A stretch of DNA of 64,000 nt from Synergistales bacterium (GTDB lineage: Bacteria; Synergistota; Synergistia; Synergistales; JAFGMB01), in contig OY762654.1 in NCBI GenBank assembly GCA_963666205.1, forward strand, positions 2,752,001-2,816,000. Reading direction: 5' to 3'. Positions within the stretch are counted from its first letter, which is position 1. Each line of letters starts with the position of its first letter. Shown here piece by piece: positions 21,491 through 29,651 of the stretch. The notes below the pieces were generated by a model that saw nothing but the letters and a program-made list of their open reading frames with translations, did no database searches and had not been told where the DNA came from. Made by a program: the position numbers and the translations under genes.

Positions 21491-21514
21491 TCGAAGAGGG
21501 GTGTTAAGTATCTA

Positions 21515-23227
21515 ATGTTTTCCAGAGAGAACATTACGAAAAGTCTTTACTTGTCCATATCATTGTTAATTCTTTTTTCATGTAATGCTGTTTTTGCTGA
21601 GAATGTTGCCCCCTTATTAAATGATCCCTTGTTCAATCATTTCAAAGGGGAATTAGGAGAACAAGTTGTTCGAGATTTCTTTGGATCTGAAGGTTGGTAT
21701 ATTGTCGATTCAAAGAGCGGTCCCCATGGTATAGATCTCATTGCAACAAGACCTGGTTCGAATAAACCATTAGTTATTGAAGTTAAAACAGATGGATCTC
21801 AATTAAATAAATATGCCTCTAAAACGATTGATGCATCTAATCAAAGCTACACTCAACAATCTGAAATTTATGTGAAAAGTAGAGCGGATAGTGTTAATGA
21901 TCCAAAGGTTAAACAGTTGCTTAAATCTGGAATTTACAGGGCACGTGTAGTAAGAGTTGTGATATACCCAGATTATCTGGAAATATTTTATAATCAAGTA
22001 ACCAACTTATCCGAATCAGAGATAGAGCTTAATGACATAACTTCTAAAACTTTTAAGGTACCTTCGACTTTTATTACAAAAAATGGAGGATTAAAAATAC
22101 CAATAATACCCCAAGAAGGAGAACCAGCAGTTGTTACAAAATTTAGAAACAGTTTATTTAAGTCCACCAATAGGTTATTGGAAGATCCTTATTGGAGAGA
22201 ACACCTCATCAAAAAACTCATGTTAAAAAATGGAGCAGCAAGTTCAGATGTGATATATCTAGTTGATCAGTTGTTAAAGGATCTGAAAAGTAATGATCCT
22301 GAAAGAGTTAATTTTGCTTGGAAGCAGTTTGTTGAATTAGTCGATGGTGATTTGACGAAGTTGTATGCTTATTTGAGACAATTAGGAATGTCCCCTAAAG
22401 CAGTTAATGCTGAACTTAAACTGTTGAATCAGTTAAAAGCAAGAGATCCTAAGGCATATGAAAGAAGGCTTAATAATCTCTCCTTTCGAAAGAACTGGAA
22501 GCAAGTCATTGCCAATGGTATTTCGATGTCCATGTTTAAGAACTTGGGGTTAGTTTATAGGACTGTTCAGGGACAAGAAGATTGGGAGCATGCACTGCAA
22601 CAAGTTTGTACAGATGCCTTGGGTTATTCTGCTTCTGTCAAATTAGTAAATGGGGTAATCTTTCAAACCGGTAATAAATGTGGATTTCTTAGTTGGTTGC
22701 CAAAAATGGCATCTCAGAGTGGAGCTGAATTTATTATCGCTATGACTTTATTTGACGATGCTAAAGTTACTTATTCGTATCTGTCAGGTGATCTTTCTAG
22801 GGACCAATTTGTTGATATGGTTGAAAATACAACAATCCAAGGTCTAAGAACTGGTACGTCCTATACTTTGGCCCATATATTTGTATCTAAAGCGATAATT
22901 GCTCTTGGTGTAACTTCAGGAGTAGGAACGCCTGCTGTAGTCGGTATTACAATATTGTCAGAAATTGGAGGAGCATGTGTTATTGATGCAACGCTTTCTC
23001 AACTCCTTTCAGTTTGTAAAGGGAAGTTAACAAAAGAAATTTTGACTCTTGAAGATCTAGAAAAACTATTCGGCCCTGAAATTACAAGAAAATGTACTCC
23101 ATGGAATTATACAACAGAGAAAATAACTCCTTGGGCGTTATTATCAAAATCTCAATCGTGGATAATCCCTGATAATACAAAAGAAACACCATGGTCTGTA
23201 GAAGGTAAACCTACGCCATGGGAATAG
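21515..23227 (+). CDS. Putative exported protein with PD-(D/E)xK nuclease-like domain, hydrophobic C-terminal helices and TPW repeats
   Basis: Signal peptide ending AVFA; KGELGE...GIDLIA...VIEVKT; C-terminal K-x-TPW repeats. Confidence 0.6.
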   Translation: MFSRENITKSLYLSISLLILFSCNAVFAENVAPLLNDPLFNHFKGELGEQVVRDFFGSEGWYIVDSKSGPHGIDLIATRPGSNKPLVIEVKTDGSQLNKYASKTIDASNQSYTQQSEIYVKSRADSVNDPKVKQLLKSGIYRARVVRVVIYPDYLEIFYNQVTNLSESEIELNDITSKTFKVPSTFITKNGGLKIPIIPQEGEPAVVTKFRNSLFKSTNRLLEDPYWREHLIKKLMLKNGAASSDVIYLVDQLLKDLKSNDPERVNFAWKQFVELVDGDLTKLYAYLRQLGMSPKAVNAELKLLNQLKARDPKAYERRLNNLSFRKNWKQVIANGISMSMFKNLGLVYRTVQGQEDWEHALQQVCTDALGYSASVKLVNGVIFQTGNKCGFLSWLPKMASQSGAEFIIAMTLFDDAKVTYSYLSGDLSRDQFVDMVENTTIQGLRTGTSYTLAHIFVSKAIIALGVTSGVGTPAVVGITILSEIGGACVIDATLSQLLSVCKGKLTKEILTLEDLEKLFGPEITRKCTPWNYTTEKITPWALLSKSQSWIIPDNTKETPWSVEGKPTPWE

Positions 23228-23311
23228 AGGGGAGTATTATTCTGAGGATTAGTTCTGATGAATTCTTGATCTTTTCCAATAACAATTAAGAATATTGAGG
23301 GGTTGGAATGT

Positions 23312-23350
23312 ATGGGTATGCCTTTTATTATGGTATACCCATTATTTTTT
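23312..23350 (+). repeat. 39-bp terminator hairpin, direct-repeat copy 2
   Basis: Identical to 19846-19884. Confidence 0.85.
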
Positions 23351-23385
23351 GAAGTAGCTAGATAAAATATAAATATTCAGATATT

Positions 23386-23524
23386 TATGAACAGTATGTA
23401 CGTTTTGTACGTTTTTAAAATGGTATATCTATTTTCCTATGGGGTTAAAAATATTTTTTATCAAGGGGTGTTATTTTGCCATACCCCTAAAACCGACCGT
23501 ACAAACCGTGCATTTCGTACATGA
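23386..23524. repeat. Inverted 9-bp-period GTAC iteron triplets flanking an AT-rich core
   Basis: Left set on the minus strand gtacaaaac-gtacatact-gttcataaa; right set cgtacaaac-cgtgcattt-cgtacatga; core contains AAAAATATTTTT. Confidence 0.6.
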
Positions 23525-23745
23525 ATTCCATTTCAATAATGATTTCATATCATCGTTATCCATTGGTATCTTAGTATTTATGGACATAATATAAGGGGCA
23601 GGTCAGATTCTGGAGAAAACTTGTTTTACAAAAATATCAGTGTGATAATGGGAGTGAATTTAAATACACAATATTGCACAATCTTTTGAGAGGTGTCTGC
23701 TATTCAAGTTGTGTAGTATTCCAAATTGTGAGGAGGGATTAGGAA

Positions 23746-24234
23746 GTGACTTCAAACAACTCTAATAATGATAATAATTGCAATATAGTTTCAACAGAAA
23801 TTAATGAAATTACCACCACTAAACCTCAAGATTCTATTGTTATACGAACACAATCTGGTATTGAAACAATAAGCTTGGAGGGGTTAACGCCAGAGCAAAA
23901 ACAAGAACTTAAAATGAAATATGCTTCAATGGCTATTGAAACCCAAGATAGAGTAAATCGTTTAGCTTCTGATGTAAATGCACTTGGAGCTTCGCTCAAT
24001 GTAATGGCTAAAAATACGAAAGATGTAGCTGAATCTGGGCAGTCAATCACTATAACTAATACCAAAGAAGATAACCTGGGCCGTACTGAGGTTATTATGG
24101 GAACAAGTGATGCCGCCAAGAGCGGGAAACTTACCCGAAGTGCTAGAGGACTGAAAGACAATACAACCCTATGGTTAGGTGTGGTTGTTCTTGTAATTGC
24201 AATAATAGCTCTTGTAGTAGTTAAAACCCAGTAA
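23746..24234 (+). CDS. Hypothetical protein with C-terminal TM anchor
   Basis: GGAGG RBS; helical core; LWLGVVVLVIAIIALVVV. Confidence 0.75.
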   Translation: MTSNNSNNDNNCNIVSTEINEITTTKPQDSIVIRTQSGIETISLEGLTPEQKQELKMKYASMAIETQDRVNRLASDVNALGASLNVMAKNTKDVAESGQSITITNTKEDNLGRTEVIMGTSDAAKSGKLTRSARGLKDNTTLWLGVVVLVIAIIALVVVKTQ

Positions 24235-24548
24235 TGGTAGTAACTCATATGAAGGATAAAATTATAATTTATGTTCATCCAGAAACAGATATTCAATCTG
24301 AAATTGGGAAACTGAGAGATGTAATTGAGTCCAAAAGAATTCCCAGTATTGAAATGGATCAATTGATATTAGATGTGGGAAAAATCTTGTCTGACTCAGT
24401 TAGCCGAGCCAGAGAATTATCATCATATGAGTGTCAATATGATATGGAACGTGTGGTTGAATCAAACAATTGTAAGGTGACAATTCGTACTGGAACAAAC
24501 AAAGGCAAACAATCATTGCTTGAAAGGTTTAAGAAACTATTTTCGTAA
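24234..24548 (+). CDS. Hypothetical protein with amphipathic C-terminus
   Basis: TAATG overlap with the upstream gene; ends SLLERFKKLFS. Confidence 0.7.
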   Translation: MVVTHMKDKIIIYVHPETDIQSEIGKLRDVIESKRIPSIEMDQLILDVGKILSDSVSRARELSSYECQYDMERVVESNNCKVTIRTGTNKGKQSLLERFKKLFS

Positions 24549-24561
24549 GAAAGGTCCTATC

Positions 24562-25410
24562 ATGAGTTCAAATAAAACATATCGTCGCAACTATTATTCC
24601 AACAACTCTTACAGGAGAAAGAACTATGGTTTAGAGAAAGCCTTACAACATATTAAAGAAGCCGAAGAACTCTCTTTAGAGCTAGGTGGCACAGACAAAG
24701 ACGTTAAAGCGTATTTCTTTTCCTTATCAGGGTATCGTTTAGCAGAAATTCTAGATAGTTATCAAAAGGTATATGGGATTAAAGCTCGTCAATATGCTGA
24801 AGAAACCATTCCACTATGGAGAAGCGGACGCAGGAAAATGAGCGGTATGGTCGCGACAAGGCTGTTTAGACTTTTACCTGACTTTATGCCTTTGGAGAGT
24901 AAGTATGATTTGGTAAAAAACCTATGGCAACATTACTGTCCCAAAACATCAAAGGTAATGATCATTGGTCCTGATGCTTCTGAAGAAGATGTAATGATTG
25001 AGATTCAATCATATTTAGAAATCACTATAGATTCATATATGGTTCCAGAACCTTTGAACAAAAGATTCCAATGGCTGGCAAAGGGTGATGTGACTGTATA
25101 TCAGCAACTCCTGAATCACTTCCTGTTTTCAGATAGAGACTTGGCTATTCGAGATGCGCAATCTCGCTTACCTGTTTTTTTCCAACACATTAGAGAAGGT
25201 GAAAACTATACGAAAAGTTTAAGCAGGACAATAGAGTTAGGAAAGCATTCTCTACAGCTATTTTTTGACCCAACAGTTAGCGGGATAACAATTAAGGAAG
25301 AAGTTCACTTTAGGACTGAAGGAATAAAAAGTGCCGACGGTGATTTCGGATGGTTTAAATGGGTGGTTGGCTTTGGCATATTAGTATTATTATATCTACT
25401 CTCTAGTTAA
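24562..25410 (+). CDS. Hypothetical protein with basic N-terminus and C-terminal TM helix
   Basis: ATG 13 nt after the previous stop; WFKWVVGFGILVLLYLLSS. Confidence 0.75.
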   Translation: MSSNKTYRRNYYSNNSYRRKNYGLEKALQHIKEAEELSLELGGTDKDVKAYFFSLSGYRLAEILDSYQKVYGIKARQYAEETIPLWRSGRRKMSGMVATRLFRLLPDFMPLESKYDLVKNLWQHYCPKTSKVMIIGPDASEEDVMIEIQSYLEITIDSYMVPEPLNKRFQWLAKGDVTVYQQLLNHFLFSDRDLAIRDAQSRLPVFFQHIREGENYTKSLSRTIELGKHSLQLFFDPTVSGITIKEEVHFRTEGIKSADGDFGWFKWVVGFGILVLLYLLSS

Positions 25411-25523
25411 TCTATGTAGGTAGAATCAGTAATAAAATGTGGATTTAAGCCAATCTTGGTTCTGGTGGCAAAAAAAACAGCTAGATGATTAGCGTTAAAA
25501 ACTATTATATGTGAACAAAGAAG

Positions 25524-25955
25524 GTGTATCTAATTATTCTCATTTTCTTATTGATAATCTTTGTTGGTTTTTATTTCCTCAAAGATCCTATTTCTGGATT
25601 TTCCCCTGGAAAGCGATTTCAGGATTCAAGACGAGGAATTACACCTAGCCAGAAAGAAAAGGCAATAAACATAGATAGGCTCAATAAGAATAAGACAGTA
25701 ATAATTGAAGAATTGGATATGCTTAATGCAAGATTACAAGAAATCCAAAGTCATTTTGACCGATCCAATGACAATGCAGAAGTAGTTGAAACAGAAGATA
25801 TTTATGTCATTTATTCTCTAAAAAACAAGATAAAACACCTTGAAGCAATTTTATTGGATGAGTCAAGGTTATTGCATTATGGAGAAAAAATGGACATGTC
25901 TAAATGTAGATATGCTTCAAATGATAGCGATGCAGAGTGGTGGAGATATGATTAA
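25524..25955 (+). CDS. Hypothetical membrane-anchored protein
   Basis: N-terminal TM helix followed by a coiled-coil-like segment. Confidence 0.55.
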   Translation: MYLIILIFLLIIFVGFYFLKDPISGFSPGKRFQDSRRGITPSQKEKAINIDRLNKNKTVIIEELDMLNARLQEIQSHFDRSNDNAEVVETEDIYVIYSLKNKIKHLEAILLDESRLLHYGEKMDMSKCRYASNDSDAEWWRYD

Positions 25956-26107
25956 TTTGTTTTAGAGATATTACTCCTGAAATACGAGGAAGTATATCTC
26001 CACGATTTTCTCATCGTTTCAGAGACACTTATGGAATGTATTCTATGTGCCTATCAGGATATTACAAGAGGGTTTGACTGCCCAGTCAAGTAGGTCTTTT
26101 ACCTTTG

Positions 26108-26404
26108 CTATTGCTGAATAAAATCGAAATTTGTATTAATGAGTTTAATCCCTTCTCGAGATACAAAGGATAAAAGGATATGATCGAACATATTTCTAGA
26201 ATATCTAAATATCTCGTTAATGTTTCCTCCAAGCAAAGATACAATATCGTCTTCAAATTTAATAAAATAATTTCCTCCGATGATTTCGCAGGAATATGAG
26301 ATATTAATATTATTTTGCCTGACTTCAGCCTTGGAAATTTCAGAAAAAATGGAAGGTTCTTTCCCATTCGACGTCTTTATCAATCCTGACACTATAGTAC
26401 TCAT
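26108..26404 (-). CDS. Hypothetical protein, possibly truncated
   Basis: ORF starting 27 nt after the nuclease stop. Confidence 0.4.
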   Translation of the reverse strand: MSTIVSGLIKTSNGKEPSIFSEISKAEVRQNNINISYSCEIIGGNYFIKFEDDIVSLLGGNINEIFRYSRNMFDHILLSFVSREGIKLINTNFDFIQQ

Positions 26405-26431
26405 TCAAATCGACCAGCCTTTAGAAAAACA

Positions 26432-27421
26432 TTACTCAGGAGGATGGCATCTTTTACAGGGTGTATATCCAGCTTTCTTAGCCTCTTTTAATGTTATGGG
26501 AATTCTACTTTTGCTTAAGCAGGAACAGCTTGAGCAATGATACTTTTTACCAGATTTTGTAATATATACAATTATTTCCCCATTTTCAGAAGAATTCATA
26601 TTTTCGACTTGAGCTGAGTTTGAGCCAGGAATCTTGGAAATAATAGGTAACTGGTAAATAACTCTTTCGACTTTTGTTTCAGTGCTGTCAGGTAATTCAT
26701 GGAAAAAGTTGAGCCCGCAATGACTTTCCACTTCATCAATGGAGATCTGAAATTTATGCCAATCAGCTTTTCTTGGTGTTTCTTGCTCCATGAGAAAAGC
26801 GAAATATTTCCATTCTTGGTGATCTTCAAAGGCTAAAATTTTCCAATATCCACTAGGCACAGAATGGATATTATGGCAGGCAGGTAGACAAGGCATTTCA
26901 TGTTCATAAAGAGGACCAGTTATCACATATACCTTATAGCCCATCCTTGCTAGATCTCTTGTATATTCTTCAAGGCATTTCCAGGGACCCTGATTTAGTT
27001 CAGATTTCTGTGGAGTAATGTTGGATAGGTAGTTAGTTTCAGCCCAATAGGGCGTTCCTTTGAAACTTGCGAGTGGGGCTTGATGACCTCGGTCAGTATG
27101 TAAGGTTTTATGTGCTCCAGTGTAATCTTTTGGAGAAAGTGTTTCTGCTGATGAAAGCATGGGATCCTTTTTCCAATTGCGACTTGTTTTGCTATTTCCC
27201 AAGGTTAAAGGTGAAACGATATAAGCTACCCAGTCAGCAAATTTAGTCTGGGGATTATTTGAGAGAGTATAAATGTTGTGGAGAACCAGAGTGTTATTTG
27301 GCTTGCCGAGAGGTTCTCCGTAAATGGTATGAGGCGAACCACATACTGGTGATATAGGGAGAGAGAATATTAGAAGTGTTAATAATAAGGTACTTAATCC
27401 TTTAATCTTATTTTTCAACAT
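26432..27421 (-). CDS. Secreted DNA/RNA non-specific endonuclease (NucA/Serratia type) with C-terminal Ada-like Zn domain
   Basis: Signal peptide; DRGHQAP, NITPQ and LNQGPW; YITKSGKKYH...C...CKRC; GAGGAG RBS before 27421. Confidence 0.85.
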   Translation of the reverse strand: MLKNKIKGLSTLLLTLLIFSLPISPVCGSPHTIYGEPLGKPNNTLVLHNIYTLSNNPQTKFADWVAYIVSPLTLGNSKTSRNWKKDPMLSSAETLSPKDYTGAHKTLHTDRGHQAPLASFKGTPYWAETNYLSNITPQKSELNQGPWKCLEEYTRDLARMGYKVYVITGPLYEHEMPCLPACHNIHSVPSGYWKILAFEDHQEWKYFAFLMEQETPRKADWHKFQISIDEVESHCGLNFFHELPDSTETKVERVIYQLPIISKIPGSNSAQVENMNSSENGEIIVYITKSGKKYHCSSCSCLSKSRIPITLKEAKKAGYTPCKRCHPPE

Positions 27422-28223
27422 AAACACTCCTCTCATTAGAGTATTTGAGAGAGTGTAATACACTGCAAATGTCACTGACTTCTGATGGTGATAGAGATTC
27501 GAAATCCTCCAATTTTGTAATGATCCCAGAGATGCACTCTTCCTGATAGGATAGCGCTTTGCAATGACGGTCTTGTAAGAAGTAAGTTGCTATTGTTCCT
27601 GTTAACATTCCGAGAAAGCCTATTCCCACAAGCATGAGTATTACAGCTACAAGTCTGCCTCCAGTCGAAGCGGGTGAAATATCGCCGTACCCAACGGTAG
27701 TTGTTGTAACAAAGGACCACCAAATAGCATCGGAAAGAGACATATTTTCCAGATATGATATAGCGATTGCTCCCATCATAATGGTGGTGAAGGTTAGCCA
27801 TAATACCTGATGGAAATTGTTTGTCTCTACAAACATGGATATCTTCTTCTTGAGTCTATTTAGATAAGAGAAAACCCGAAACAACCTAAAGAGTCTAATT
27901 AACTTAGTTGTTTTCACCAGGCGGATAATTCTTATCGCCCTTAGACCTTTAAATAGAGCGTTGAATGGAAGTATCGCAATTAATTCAATAACGTTGTTTT
28001 TGACGTATTGTATTTTATTCTTGGCTGCAAAGAATCTTGTAAAATAGTCAATTACAAATATTACCCATATGGAAAGATCGATAATATAAATCAGTTTTAC
28101 TTGTTGGGCATTTAAATCACAGCGGTTTTCAATAAAAAGAATGCCTACAACTAACAATGCCAAACATGACATAGTTAAATCGTAGGCAATAGACTTATTT
28201 TCTTTCAGTTGAAAAGATAACAT
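27408..28223 (-). CDS. Voltage-gated potassium channel family protein
   Basis: TTVGYGD selectivity filter; Arg-rich S4-like helix LRAIRIIRL...RLFRLFR. Confidence 0.9.
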   Translation of the reverse strand: MLSFQLKENKSIAYDLTMSCLALLVVGILFIENRCDLNAQQVKLIYIIDLSIWVIFVIDYFTRFFAAKNKIQYVKNNVIELIAILPFNALFKGLRAIRIIRLVKTTKLIRLFRLFRVFSYLNRLKKKISMFVETNNFHQVLWLTFTTIMMGAIAISYLENMSLSDAIWWSFVTTTTVGYGDISPASTGGRLVAVILMLVGIGFLGMLTGTIATYFLQDRHCKALSYQEECISGIITKLEDFESLSPSEVSDICSVLHSLKYSNERSVYVEK

Positions 28224-28765
28224 GTTGCCTCCTTAGAATAACGCAGTTATTAATATCCAATCTGATATTAATAATATGGTTATGAGCTTGTCTTCGATTT
28301 GGCAAAACTAATTTTCAAAACTCTCTTGCATAAAATCAAGAATCACTCAAATTGTACTGTTTTTCATTGAAATATTACATCAATCTAAGATTGTGTTCAA
28401 GAAACAGGATAGTTGCTCAGGTAACATAACGTAGACATGTTTCTGCCTATAACTATTTAGGATTATGCCATCAAACTATGCATGAGCAAGAATTGGCTTT
28501 ATCATGCTATCAAAAAGCTCTACAGATTGACCCCAAATATAAATATGCTCTTCAAAACAAAGAAATGCTAATAAGTTCAAGAAAAGACAAGATGGAGAAA
28601 GGATTTTTCAAAAGATTATTTAGAAAGTAATGTAATCTTGGCATGAGATAGAAAATAACTGTATTTTATTCCATATAAGTAAAATTAAATATGAAATAAG
28701 AGCAGCATTTGAAAAAATATATTTTCAGTAACCTAATATCTTCCAGGTCGTTCATATTTTTGACT

Positions 28766-28792
28766 GTACATAACGTACAAACCGTACATCAA
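28766..28792 (+). repeat. GTAC 9-bp-period triplet
   Basis: tgtacataa-cgtacaaac-cgtacatca. Confidence 0.55.
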
Positions 28793-29651
28793 CCCAAACT
28801 CCATTGAATGACTATGATATTTTCCATCTTTGACTCATATCATAAAATTCCAGCTACAATCTTGATCCCATTACTAACCATCCCATCAAATTACAGTTAT
28901 TACCAAATCATGTACTAACTTAGTATTTACTATAAGAATATTATTGTAATCTATATTTACATACAGTATGTGTTATGATATTTTATTGCCTGTGAATTGC
29001 CATGGTATATTTCACATTTATGCCCTGCCTCTTTAACATTGGCATCATGATAAGTAGATGCATTGGATTATTATCCTTACAAGGCCCAGATGGACATTTA
29101 TGGGGTGGGGCTTTGATTTTACCTGCTGAAGTTGCATAACTATCCCTTTAGTGCATATAATGAATTAAACAATCACTTCAATGTACCCATCAGAGAATAG
29201 AGAATCCAGAGAGTAGTGCCTTTCAGAAAGAACCCCAAAGAGAGTAAAAGTATTTTCAATCATATCTTATGACCGTAATACCAGGTTAAGAGTAGAGAAA
29301 TGCTGTAATTACATCAATTCAAAGAATTAGGGGTTGGGGTTTTGACCAACAATAGCGGAAAAGTCTTTGCTGTATTTCCAGATAGATCTCTTGAGGATTT
29401 TGCAAAAGAGGAGCCAGAAGCATTTTCTAGTTTCGCTATGTCGCTTGTTGACTTACTTCTGTCTTTTATAGAAAAGGGGGATGATGTTGAGGGTTAAATG
29501 GAAATCAATTTGGGCTGCTAGTAATTCAGTCTTGTCTTATTGAAGTGGGATATCAATGGAGAAGATCTAACTATAGGCTAGAGGTCTTGAGAAAGATTGT
29601 GTCTGAAAATTATCAATGAGGATATAGGTTTCTTGCCATTAACCATATTGT

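Noticed and set aside
29300-29497. Possible small gene upstream of the helicase
   Set aside because: A protein-like frame is interrupted by a stop and has no clear start; at most a relic.
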